This document shows, one piece after another, positions 1 through 12,369 of a stretch of 64,000 nucleotides of DNA. A program made the translations under genes and the position numbers. Source of the stretch: Lama guanicoe (lineage: Eukaryota). Position 1 is the stretch's first letter. Each line of letters begins with the position of its first letter. The DNA is taken from assembly GCA_013239625.1 (NCBI GenBank), contig MU053379.1, forward strand, positions 3,020,866 through 3,084,865, in the 5' to 3' direction. The notes beneath the pieces were generated by a model. The model was not told the DNA's origin, made no database searches, and saw only the letters and a list, made by a program, of their open reading frames with translations.

Positions 1-693
1 GTGAAAAGGTTTTCAGGGGGACAAAAGGAATCATTCCAAATAAGCGAAAAAAGTAACTCACAATTAGCTATGACACTAGCAGAACTTTATGAAACTAGTA
101 ACACAGCAGGGAAGTACAGCAAATACAGAAACTGAGAGGGAAATACAGTTATAGTGGGAGACGTTAATGCACTCAGACAGACAGCACAGCAACAGACTAC
201 CACACAGCAGATCTGAACAGAGTAAGACTGATGTAATAGACACAAAGAGAGGCAGAGAGAGAAAACGTCACAGACTCTGACATTCACAAAACATTATGTG
301 AAGTTATTTTTCTAAGATATGTGAATAAAACCCTCAAAGGTGCAGATGCACAGGTCACAGACACACTCACTGCACTGGGGGCCCAGCCCGCCACTGAGAG
401 TCTGAGCTGAAAATTTTCAACTACTTGGGGGATTTTAAAACACTCTTGTGAGCAACACTCAAGCTTACAAAAAACTCAAACAACTACAATTATACAATGA
501 GAATTATTATTGTATATTCTATTATTATATAAAAGCTATTGTATAAAATATTCTACAAAAATTAACAATGAGAATGCTGTATAACTGAAATTGGTCAAAA
601 CTGAAACAGGAAGAAAATCTGTCCATTTTAATTTTCTATAGTAAAAGACACAAAAAAGCAAAACTGAGTTTTTAAGTCAAAAAGCTTTTTAAA

Positions 694-1808
694 TGAAAAG
701 ACAACCTACAGAATGGGAGAAAATATTTGCAAATGATGTGACTGACAAGGGACTAATTTCCAAAATATACAAACAGATCATATGCCTTAATATCAAAGAA
801 ACAAGCAACCCAATCCAAAAATGGGCAGAAGACCTAAACAAGCAGTTCTTCAATGAAGATACATAAATGGCCAATAGGCATATGGAAAAAAATGCTCAGC
901 ATTGCTAATTGTTAGAGAAATGCAGATCAAAACTACCATGAGGTATCACCTCACACCAGCCAGAACGGCCATCATTGAAAAGTCTACATATGATAGATGC
1001 TGGAGAGGGTGTGGAGAACAGGGAACCTTCCTACATTGTTGGTGGGAGTGTTGATTGGTGCAGGCACTGTGGAGGACAGTATGGAGGTTCCTTAAAAAAC
1101 TAAATATAGACTTACCATATGTCCAGCAATCCCACTCCTGGGCATATATCCAGAGACAAATAAAATTCAAAAAGACACATGCACCCCAGTGTTCACAGCA
1201 GCACTATTTACAATAGCCAAGACATGGAAACAACCCAAATGTCCATCAACAGATAACTGGATAAATTAGTTACAGTGTATATATACAATGGAATACTACT
1301 CAGCCATAAAAAAGAATAAAATAATGCCATCCGTAGCAACATGGATGGATTTGAAGATTGTCGTTGTAAGTGAAGTGGGCCGGAAAGAGAAAGAAAAATA
1401 CCATATGACATCATTTATATGAGGAATCTAAAACATAATAACAATAATAAGGACACAAATGAACTACTTATTGTTTATAACATAGATGATTGATTTCTTG
1501 AACATGTGTGAGCACATGCGACTGTCCTTTATGACTGGATTACCGCCTTCTGTTGATTCTTATTTTGCAGTTGGCTTTATTCCTTGGATAACTATGTAAG
1601 TTTAAAAAACCAAAGATCTAATCTGTTCTTAGAAACAATAATTAGTACCTATATGTAAGTTAAAAAATGTGCAGTATACTGTATATATGTATTTACACTG
1701 CAATATAATGTGTTTGTGCAGGCAAACTGCAATAATTCTACCTAATAAAACTGAAAAAGGAGAAAAAAAGGAAAGGATGTCAACATAATAAAGATCATAC
1801 ATACAAAA
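694..1808 (+). mobile_element. TPRT insertion: L1 ORF2 3' end and partial 3'UTR (694-~1470) fused to non-L1 polyadenylated sequence (~1471-1804)
   Basis: L1 motifs (gaatgggagaaaatatttgc, tgctggagagggtgtggag, cagccataaaaaagaat). 15-bp direct repeat AAAAAGCTTTTTAAA at 679-693 and 1809-1823. AATAAA at 1787-1792 followed by an A run from 1805. Confidence 0.8.
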
Positions 1809-4067
1809 AAAAAGCTTTTTAAAAGGTGATTTTAAGGGCAAAATCAATCAAAGATACAAGCAAAGCATTTTTTGTAATCATTAGATCATCTGTAAGTATT
1901 GCAAATCACTAAGCTATAGGCTGGGATTTGACTGGTGGTTGCACACGTAATTAAAACAAATATCCTCTGACTCTTTAATAAATACTCTTATTAAGTGTCC
2001 CTTTTGTCCAGGTACCATGCAAGGGATCAGACAGAGACAGAGGACAGTGTCCCTGCTCTGAAAGCTACAGCCCTGAGAAGGAAATGCCAGGACATCGGGG
2101 ATGTCAGTCTGGGGACCTGACGGGAGACAGGGATGTGCAGGGAGGCAGAGGCCAGACCAGGAAGGGCCCTGAACACCTTGCTGGGGAGTTGCACCTCTGA
2201 CCAAAGGCCCTGGGAACCATTGTTACAGCACACCGAGGACATTCTGGTGAGTGAGGGAGACAGACCAAGGGCTAGTGAGCGGGAGCGCGGCAGGGGGTAG
2301 GCTGCACCGGGACAAAGGCCGAGACAGCAGCGGGCGACGCGCAGAGCCGGAGCGGAGAGAAAGGCGGTCCGCGCGCTCCAGGCAGGGCCCAGGCGGGGAA
2401 GCGCGCTCCGCTCGGAGCATGGCCGCCGGACGGACGATAAGAAGTTATTTTCTGACTTTAAGATCACGCAAAGGTCTGCCCTCCTTTAAAGAAAAGCAAA
2501 TTTCATTAGACTCTTGACCTGCAGTGAGAAGACACGCAGCAGCCTCCACAGACGCGCAGCTCGGCAGCACACAAGCCCGCCCGTCGCCGCGGTGCCGCGC
2601 TGACTCGCGGCCCGGCCAGGGCACACGGGCAGGGGCCCCTCCCACCGCAGCCGCAGCCGGCGCGGCCTCTCCAACCCGAGCTTCTGCTTTCTGGCTAAAG
2701 ATTTTCTTTCACGTCTCGTCAACTTCGATACCAACACAATCAGCTGTCTGTCTTTTCTGGGCCACTGTTCACAAAACAGAAAAAAACACTTCACTTCCAG
2801 AGTTTTCAGGTAGCGTAAAGTTGAGAAATAAGCCCCCAGTGAGACACCACCGCGGGAGTCCCACCACCCCAGGGGCTCCCCGCGCCCGCTTCTGCACACT
2901 CAGAAAGTGCCCCCGACCTGCAGGTTTGCTCAGAGGCCTGAGGTCCCCGCCCAGCGTCACAAGCACGTCAAAAGCTAGGGGTCACTGTCCCAGCCACGCC
3001 ACGGCCAAGCAAAACGAGCCACAGAAAATGGACAACACAGCAAGAATCTGGACAGCCGTCCCCCAAACTGATGGAGAAAAGGCCAGCTCATCCAAACCGT
3101 CCGCACGCTAATTCTCAGCAATCTGAAAGGAGAGAAAACGCTCCTTGCGTATCTCCTGCTGCTCTAACAACGCACACGACGTGCTTAAGCTTTACTGTGA
3201 GGTTTCCATGCGTGTAGCCCTAACGCCATCCGTCTCTGCCGTCCGCCCTGGGAGGGCTCCTGGCAGGTCTGCTGAGGTAGAACTTCAGGGGACCCACCCT
3301 GAAGGTGTCACCTACCCGCGGACTGAGTGGCGGGCGCACAGCGCGAGAGTGGCCGGCAGGCCCAGAGGCTCAGGGCACCTGGACTGCGACAGACAATCCC
3401 AGGCATGTAATTCCACACTTCCCAAACATCTTGTCTCCAGTTTCCCTTCCTCCGAGGCAGCTGAGTAACTCAGTATATCCTGTTGGGTCGATCCCAAGTT
3501 TCTCACCTGTAAGTCGCAAGGCCTGAGGAAATCTCGAGTATTAAATCTCAAAGTTAAAAGGTCCACTGAACATGGCTCCTTTCAGCTCAAACGCTGTATC
3601 TAATAATTCAAATTATTAACACGCTGAAATAGGAGTATCAAATTGTAACCGTGAGCAACGCATTTGAAGAATCTCTGTAAAGGACTGGACATTTACAGTG
3701 CTTCCATCTTGCAGTTTGCAGGGGTCGCAAACATTTCATGATCAGAGGCCGACACCAGAATGACCCTGTGCTCCGGGAACGGAGGACCTGGCCTGTGTTT
3801 TACTGTCACCTCTCGTCCCACACAGGGCACGGCGCTCAGGAGACGACACCTAAGACCAGGGAGAAAGGGCAGGGCCGGCCACCAGCCTCCGCTGCGACCC
3901 TGGCCCGTGAAGTCCTGGGGGTGTCAGGGCTCAGGTCACACGGTGCCACATCCCAAAAGCCACCAGCTGGAGTTGCTCCCAACCAAGGGCCTGACATTGA
4001 TAAAAAAGCAAGCCTGACGATGCCGTGAAGACGGCCAGGACAACGAGAGGCCCGTTACCACCTTAAA

Positions 4068-4286
4068 TGCTGTACGTAACACACTAAAGCATACAAGGTC
4101 CCACCGCACAGCCCAGGGAACTCCACTCAATACACTGTCGCGCCCTATAATGGAAAAGAACATAAAAACGAATATATGTGTATGCATGTACATGTATGAC
4201 TGACACATGACGCTGTGCACCAGAAATTCACACATTGTAATTGACTATACTGCAACAAAAATTTTTTAAAATATAGAAAAAAAAAA
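4068..4286 (+). mobile_element. L1 3'UTR terminal fragment (artiodactyl-type)
   Basis: caaggtcc...agggaact...tataatggaaaagaa...ctgtgcaccagaaatt...cattgtaa plus A-rich tail; homologous to 55950-56125. Confidence 0.75.
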
Positions 4287-6284
4287 CCCAGTGTCATAAA
4301 GGTGACCCCACATTCTGGTTGTGATGCCCTGGGGCTCTGGTTCTGTCTGCCAACCAGAACTCAGGGCAGCTCTGGGGACAGGGAAGTGTCTCTGTGGCCC
4401 TCGGTTCTCCAGGAACTCTGAACTGACACTGACTTCTTTTCAGTTGCAATCGGTCATTTAGAATTACGGCAGTGCCCCAGGAGCTGCATTCAAAGCTGGA
4501 ATCATTCTTTCAAAAGGAAAAACAAAATCCACTGAAGCAGCCAAATATTTGAAGTCATCAAGAAGAACTTCAATTCCAAGGATTTAGGAAGAATCTGTTT
4601 TCCGTGTTCACTTTATTTGCTCCTGTCCCTCCTCCACTCAGTAACAGTAAAGCAGTCCTTACAGTAAAAGGACGTAAAAAGTGGGAAGAGTGTGAGAGGT
4701 CTGTGGAAGCCCTGCACCTCGGCGTGGGGACGAGGGGCAGCCGGGAGCGTTCTCACACTGGACAGTCTGGAATAAGTAATGACAAAGGAAGCTGAGGAAG
4801 GTGGGGCTGTGGGGACTGGTTAACTGGAAAAGCACCACTCGGCTGTCTGGCTCTGTTACTTGCTCATAAGAAAAGGCGTGCGCCGCAGCCTGAGGAAAGA
4901 AAGGGGGCTGTGACCTAGTCCCGCCGGACACCTGTCCCGAATGCACTGGCTCGTCCATGATTCAGGCCAGGTGTTTCCACTGCCTCTCTGAAGGAGCTTC
5001 TGATTTGTTTTCATCTTCAAAGAGTTATGAAAGAGCTACACTTCCACCAAAAGAAGAAGGTGGGGGAGAGGGGACGAACACTGCAGCATCGTTTATTGTG
5101 TGTAGTTCTCTTACATCCGTAATTCTGGTTTCTCTCCAGGCAATTCTTCTTCCTTAGGAAACCTGGAGTAGAACACCTGGGGCTACTAAGTGTGAGAAGA
5201 TATAAATAAGTGTGCGTGTGTGGTCTATAAAATCAACACTTCAGTGACTGGCAGCACATACAAAGCAGTCGTGCAAAGTGACAGCCGGCCCATCCCCTCT
5301 GCTTTTTCTGCACAACCCCGGGCGGCACCCATCCGGTGGAGGTACAACCCCTGGAGAGTCCTCTCACCCACTCTGAGGAAGAGAACTGGGGGCTAAGCCC
5401 CGACGTGTGAGATCACTCGGAACACGGAGGCACAAGAGACCTTGCGCTAAAGGAAGACGGCTCCCACCGCAGCCCTGGACTTCCGGCCGGTCAGCTGCGA
5501 CTCCCAGACGTGACGCCGCCCAGACATCAGGCGCCTGGCAGGACTGCGCACCGCGAGTCCCCCTCCAATCCAGCATCACCTCCACACGCCAGGGGCTTGG
5601 GGGCGCAAGACGTGAGGCAGGAGGCCTGACACAAACTTCCATCAAACTGTCATCTGATAGTAAAGGAAAAACAAAACCTAGTGCCCCCAGGATTACCCCT
5701 TCCTCTGTCAGCCACTGAAGACGCCCCTGGTCACCTGCACTCCCTGGACAGGTCACCCACTGCACTTTGGGACTTCTGTCCAGGTGGCTTCAGTCAGAAC
5801 CTCCCCATCAACGGAGGGTGAGGACAACCCTCGTGCACCGCCCAGGGTGGCCCTGAGAGTGCTTCTTCACCTTGGGTGGCTGGCGGAGGGAGGGGGGAGG
5901 CGGGGCGGGGAGATGAAGTAGTAAGTAATTTGACTGGCCCTTACTTATAGTATCATTTTCCCCTTAAAATAAGCAGGAAAAGAGGAGAATGAAATTGGGT
6001 GTGGCTTTTCAATTCCATGTTTGCAGAAGGCCACCCTGGAGCCCTGCTTCCCCAGCCCGTGGAGGCAAATTTGTGTTCCCCTCGGCCAAAGGCCCACTGG
6101 AGACAGTGCCTGCAGATCCCCAGAAAGCCGTTTCAGCAAAACCCTAAACCTTAAGTACAGTCCCCTCCCCACAAGGACACAGATGTGCACTAGGGTGGGG
6201 ACGTCACCAAGCGTCTGACCAACGGGAAACAAGTCTCTGAGATGAGGTCACAAGGCCCTGTTGGAAGGCCCCACTGCTTCTCTG

Positions 6285-6480
6285 TCTAATTGATCACACC
6301 CATGTCGACTTAATTTTCAAATTTAAATCAAATAAAACTACTTAACGTTAAAATTCATGCTGCTCGGTCAGGCTAGCCATACTTCAAGCGCTAAATAGCC
6401 CATGTAGCCAGGGATTACACAACTAGCCAGCACAGAATATGCCCACCATCACAGAAAGGTCCACCGACCAGAGCCGCTCT
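6285..6480. mobile_element. hAT-Charlie DNA transposon remnant (MER33/MER3-like)
   Basis: ctagccatacttcaagcgctaaatagcccatgtagccag...catcacagaaaggtcc resembles the recalled MER33 consensus. Confidence 0.6.
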
Positions 6481-6797
6481 GGAGAAAAAGGCACCTGAGA
6501 GGTCAGATCCTCAGGGGCTAATCAGAGTCAAGCGGATTTAGTGTTAAAACTAAGTAAAAGCATAAAACTGCATGTCATGCTGAAAAAGACTCCTCTACCA
6601 ACTTCTATTTTAAAGACGTCCTGTTTGGGGACTTTGGTCAAAGCTACACTCACAGGATCACAGGCTGGTAGAGCTGGCCAACAAGAGACCCCAGAACTTA
6701 GCTGGTCCCGCCCCTCACTGTACAGACATGGGAGCCAAGGTAAAGGTTACAGACCTGAGTCAGGGCCGCCAGCCCGCCAGTGGCAAAGCCTGATCTG

Positions 6798-7295
6798 AGA
6801 GGTGGTAGACGTACATAATGGGGTATTTACTCAGCCATAAGAAAGAACGAAACAATGCCATTTGCCCCAACATGGATGGACTAGAGATTATCATACTAAG
6901 TGAAGTAAGTCAGCGGAGAAAGACATATCATATGGTAGCTTTTATACATGAAATCTAAAAAAGGATACAAATCTTATTTACAAACCAGAAATAGACTCAC
7001 AGACACAAAAAACAAACTGTCAGAGGGGAAGAGTGGGGAGGGATGAATTAGGAGTTTGGCATTAACAGATACACATCACTATGCATAAAACAGATAAACA
7101 AGGCCCTACTGTACAGCACGGGGAACTAGACTAATTTCTTGTAATAAACTATAAGGGAAAATAACCTGAAAAACCTGAAAATGTATGTATGTGTATATAT
7201 ATGCACATGTCTGTGAAGATGGAGAACTGAGTCGCTCTGCTGCACACCTGACACTAACCACATCTCAACCTGAAAAAATTAAACATGAACAAACC
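6798..7295 (+). mobile_element. 5'-truncated L1 3' end
   Basis: actcagccataagaaagaacgaaacaatgccatttgc...catactaagtgaagtaagtcag...ggagtttggcattaacagat. Degenerate TSD aagcctgatctg (6786-6797) / aagcccgctctg (7296-7307). Confidence 0.85.
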
Positions 7296-9421
7296 AAGCC
7301 CGCTCTGCTGCTGCCTTTCCCTACCTCCTCAACCCAGAGTTTCAGGTGAGAGAAGAAAACATCTTAATACACAAACACCACATAACCCCATGGGACATGA
7401 GGTGAGCATTTAAGAGGCTCCGATCAGACAATAAACACTAACGAGCGAGGTCACCGCAGGGCACACGGAGGACCACAAGCGTGGCTGCTGGCCCCGCACG
7501 CCAAGTCTCATTGGGCAGCTGAGACCTGGCCACCTTCAAGGAGAACGAAGAATGCCCAGCTGCAGCCAGATGGTAGCCCACGGGAGCGCGTCCTTAGTCA
7601 CAGGAGAGGTCTCAGCGGGCCTGAACGGAGCCTGAGCAAACGGGCCGGAGGAGGAGGAGGGCAAAGGGTAGTCCCTGAGGGGCCAAGTGCGTAAACAGAG
7701 ACGCGGGAGGGAAAAGGCAGGCCAAGTCTGCGTGTGACACAGCATGCGACAGGGCACTTCCGCGGGCGACGGCGACAGCCCAGCGGGAGAGAGCTGCACA
7801 GGGAGCCCCGGGGACGCGGAGGGTGAGACCAGCCCCGGCCACACTCTACAGGCGACACAGAACCCAGTCAGCCTCCGGGAAGGGAAACAACAGGGTTGAC
7901 TTAATCTGGTGGGGTGATCTGGATAAACGGACAAATAAGGGACCTGGAAGTCAAATGTCCCATGTGTGTGTGATTCCCATCTCTGTGATGTCTGCAAACC
8001 AGACGAGTAAGTAGCACTCTGAGGCCAGGATGCGTGTAAGTGCTGGCGTTAAACCTCCTCGGCTAATGCAGGCCGGCGCTGGGGCGCGGCGGGGAGGGAA
8101 ACGCCTTGCTATCAAACTCGATTCAAACTACCCCATTTCTCTGCTCAAGACAGGGGAGGAGACGCATGACATGGCAGGTGGCGTGAAACAGCACCTCTCT
8201 AACAACTGTATTTTCTAATTCTCCGTCCTCTTGATGCTCTGACGTCTAGGGCCTTGCAGCAGCCCCAGGAGGGACGCCTTCCCAGGGTTAGAATAGAAGC
8301 TGCCAGCACGCCTTTGACGTGCAAACCAGCCAGCCCCAAATCCATGCCCCAACCCCCTCTTTAGTGGGCTCTCGCACCCTGGGACGCTATGCGCTGCCCA
8401 AATCACCTGGGGCTCAGGCTCAGGGCCACCAGGGACCACACCCACAGCCCAGATCCCCAGAAACTTAAACTGGCCAATCCAAGCCCGCTTAGTCTGCTAA
8501 CTGCCTTGCCCGCCGGTCTCCTTCCGCAGAAACCACCCTCACTTCCTCCCCAACCTTTTCTTTTCGCCCTGGAGCTTCTCCTTACAGGACCTGCCACACC
8601 TGCCGCTCCCAAGGGTCTGTGAGGACAGCAGCACCTCCTTCCTTCCTGCCCACCGTTCTCCTGTCTGCGAGTCTCCCCACACCTGATAAAACAAGTCCCT
8701 GGACCAGTAACACCTCTCACCTGCTGAATCCAGAAGGTTCTCAAAGTCCAGTGAATTATTTGACCTTGAAAGCCATGCACCAGCTGCCTGACATTTCTAC
8801 CCCAACCTCCTTTTCCCCGATGGAGGCAGCCACTTCAAGGCCACCACCAAAGGGTCACTTGTGAAAAGGGCTACTCAGAATTTTCTGACTCAGAAAGTCG
8901 CTCCTGGAGCTCTGACATCTGTTCCTAAGGTGGACTCTGCAGTTGTAAAGCGCGCTCTGTGAGGATGCCTGGACTTAGCCACCCGCCCCCTCCGGCGCCT
9001 GGAGCAGTAAGTGCCCAACAGCCGTGTCTAACGACCGAGCGGCCATCCAGGAACAGGTGTGTACTGGTACAGACAGCCCAGGGCTCCGGCCCGAACATCC
9101 GGACTCCTAAGTGCAGGGCGGCACAGTGCTGAAGTAAGGAATGGGTTCCAGAGTGAGACCAGAGGTTCAGTCTCTGTCTGCCGCTTGTCAGATATGCAGC
9201 CTTGGCCAAGTCACCCAACACGACAAAGCCCCAAGTCTTCCATCGATAAAACTGGGAAGACAGAATCTGCTTCGAAAGGAAAGGGTTAAACAGGATGGCC
9301 CAAGTAAAACACATTCTCATCAAGACGGCGATGTAAATTCATTTCATGGGGTCCCGCACTGTCATCCTCACACTCCCATTTGAAAGACATAGCAGTGTAG
9401 ACAAAACATGTTTTTAGAAGA

Positions 9422-9548
9422 GGGGAGGGTATAGCTCAAGCGGTAGAGTGCGTGCTTAGCATGCAGGAGGTTCCGGGTTCAATTCCCAGTACCTCCTCTA
9501 AAAATAAACGAATAAACCTCATTACCTACCCCCTCAAAAAAAGTAAGA
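9422..9548 (+). mobile_element. tRNA-Ala(AGC)-derived camelid SINE (vic-1-like)
   Basis: GGGGAGGGTATAGCTCAAGCGGTAGAG (A box), CTTAGCATG anticodon loop, GGTTCAATTCC (B box), then an aaataaacgaataaacctc...cccc-A tail. Candidate TSD tttagaaga at 9413-9421 and 9549-9557. Confidence 0.85.
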
Positions 9549-11651
9549 TTTAGAAGAAGAGTAAAATTAAGGAGTCATAGCCTCAGTTTAAAAACGTGAC
9601 AAACATCTCCATGAACCGGCAACAAGAGAAACTCCAGATGGCACACAGACTGGGAGACACAGGCAACGGAGCCTGGAGGCCAGGCTCTGAGGGGTCCAAG
9701 TGATCCCTCTGGACACGGAGGCACACGAGAAGGTGTGCCCGCCGACGCGGACCGAGCTGGGAGCCTTCACGTGCTCTCTCGGAGCAGTGATGTCTGCAGC
9801 AGCTCGCTGCACGGGAAACACTGCTGTTGCCTATTTCAAAGGTCCCCTTCCGGGGAGCCCTGACTCCCACGGGCGGCGGCAGCTCTGCTAACACTCTTCT
9901 TTCCTGCCTTCTAACTCCCTTACCTCTGCTTTCTTCCAGCCCTTCTCTTTTTTTATAGACAATCTTTACACAGTGTCCCTTCAGTGATTTGATGTGCCTT
10001 AATTCCACTGCTTCCAAAGGGAGCCTTTCCCACACCTCGGTAAGTATTCGCCTTCACATCCTCGTAAGCCGTCTCTTCATGTGGCGCTGACTTGTGGAAA
10101 GTAGCCGTGAAGGCACTTAGTTCTCAGAGCAGGACCACACAAATGACAACCTGCCTTCTGGAGCTAGACACAGAGTGAGAGCAGAAACGGAAACAGAAGC
10201 AGTTCGAGTTCATCACTCATTCATGTTCACTCTGCAGATGAAAGCTTTACGGAGCTCTGACTAATAGATACTCGTCCTCTCATAAAGGCAGCTCATCCCT
10301 GGCAGGTGGTACTGCAGCAGGAGCCACGCCCTCTCTAACCCAGACGTCCTGGACGCGAGGAGAAGGCCCTGAGCCCGCCGTGTGGGACACTCAGGACCAC
10401 GGGCTGTCCTGCTGCAGGACAACTAGACCTGCCGGAGATCAGTGATCACAGAAAGAAAGGGAAGGCCAAGTGTGGGGAGGAGCTGCCTTCGAGGAGAAGG
10501 GATGGCGGTGGGGGGCACCTGCAGCTTCTGGTTCTTAAACTGGGGGTCGGGGGCAAGGGTGCCAAGTGTGAGCTTTATCCTCTTGCTTCAGAACTTGTAC
10601 ATGTGCTGTGGATCCTTTAGTAAATGCATCAAGTGTTCAGCAGACACCTGTGCAAGTGACAGACTTCATGAAAGCTCCTGTCACAGACGACTCCTCTGCA
10701 CAGGTTTCAGTCACAAGAGGGCGGCCACAGGAGACACAGTGACCAGAACAAAACACGGGGTGAATCAGTGTCTGTTACTCTGGGGAAGGAGGACGGCCCT
10801 CAGGACAGAGAGGGGACCACAGGCCTGAGCGCCAGCCGTCAGCTGGGTCCTGGGCCAGCAGTGTCCACGTCTGTTTTATTCCACAAACCCAGGAGTCCAC
10901 AGAGAGCCTCCTTTGCAGCCCGGCCTCCCGCTCCAGCCAGCTCTGCAGCAAATGCTCGCTGGATCTTTCCTCTACGGCCATAAGGCTGATCTCACACCAA
11001 GCTAAGCACACGTCTCTCCAACCATGAGTCATTTCTAGATAAGCAACAGCGAGCTTCCAGACCCTGTAATTTGGCTCTAGCATTGTCCTCCAGGTGGCAA
11101 TAATCGGGCCGCTTGTCTAATACCTTTGGCCAAGAAAGACTTCACTTTTAATAGATCAAAAGCCACAACCCCTGTTCTACCTTTGGAGAGAATATGTGAT
11201 CAACCCGTGGACACAGGGACACATACAAAGACTGCAATCTCGTTAGTAGCCAGAAAAACATACGTTAGAAACAGTGAGGTTTTTACATGTCAGTTTGCAT
11301 ACATTAAAAGGAAACTCATCTCCAGGGCTGGTTAGGGAAATTTACATAAGATTAACGTACGTTTACATACACATCTATGTGACCTTTTTGAAGAACAATT
11401 TGGCAATATCAGTGCTTAAAATGTGCACACATCCCCACCTAATAATGTCCCATCTAGGCACCCATACAGGAAAAATTCTCCCACAAGGGGAAAAAAAACC
11501 ACAAGAACATTCTTCGCAGCACTATCTGTAAAAGAGGAAAAAAGGATACACACATCCATCATTTTTACTTATCTTAAAGTAAAACTGAAGATCTAATATA
11601 TGAATTTTTTGACAAGAATCTTCAAAGATAAATGTATTAGTAGACACTTAC

Positions 11652-11704
11652 TTCAAAAAGAAAGAGGATGGAGTCCAGCTCCTCCCTTTGTGACTTATTA
11701 TTCC
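11652..11704 (-). CDS. RALGAPA2: RALGAPA2 coding exon 3 (53 nt, (G)NNKSQREELDSILFLFE)
   Basis: Too short for the ORF track and found by reading the minus strand. Acceptor TTTTAATATATTCCAG (AG at 11706-11705), donor GAA|GTAAGT at 11651. Phase 1-0, in frame with exon 2. Exon 4 was not seen, so intron 3 probably runs off the window. Confidence 0.95.
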
Positions 11705-12192
11705 CTGGAATATATTAAAAAAAAATTAGTTACCATGACAACATGCAAATTTTAGGATATTAAAAATTATGTTAAAAGGTGTCATGAAACATTAAAGCCT
11801 CAACATACATTTATTTAGTCAAAACTCCCGGGAGGGAGTGTGGAGCCCGGAGGAGAAGTGCAGATGAGTGACCCACACCCCGCAGCCGCCCCCTCCGCCA
11901 GGTGGTTAAACGCAGCGGCCCTGCCCCCGCACCGCCCTCCCAGGCTTTCTCAGTTTCAATCAACCCATGGTAGGTAATTTTATTTATTTCTCAGTTAGTC
12001 ACTTAGGAGCTCAAATTGTGATAGGACACACCGCTAAAACAGAGTGCCAGCTCTGTGACACTGAGAGGCTGTGCAAAGTCCCGCATCTCCAGGCAAACGG
12101 CCCCCTGACAGTGATGACAGTCAACACGCCGATGCCTCCTGCAGCAGCTCCCTGGGTGCCGCACACTACGTGCTCGCACACATCATCTGACT

Positions 12193-12369
12193 CAGGGTTG
12201 GCGAACTTCTATAAACATTTCAGGCTTCGCGGCCTGTCCTGCCACCACTCAATTCTGCCATTATATCGCAAAGGCAGCCACAGAGCACACGTAACTAAGT
12301 GGATGTGGCTGCAGCCAAGTCACCTTTATTTATAAAAGCAGGCAGGGAGCTGGAAGTTGCTGACCCCAG
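12193..12369. mobile_element. MER58A-like hAT MITE
   Basis: Ends cagggttggcgaact...agttgctgaccccag form imperfect terminal inverted repeats. Internal ggcagccacagag...gtggctgc...ctttatttataaaagcaggc. Confidence 0.7.

Noticed and set aside
9422..9495. Functional tRNA-Ala gene
   Set aside because: Mismatched anticodon and T stems, a SINE-specific tail, an A-rich end with candidate TSD, and no immediate oligo-T terminator.
1..11651. RALGAPA2 exon 4 (expected KILQFLPERIF...)
   Set aside because: Not found by eye on the minus strand; it probably lies beyond the left edge. A spliced alignment would confirm.
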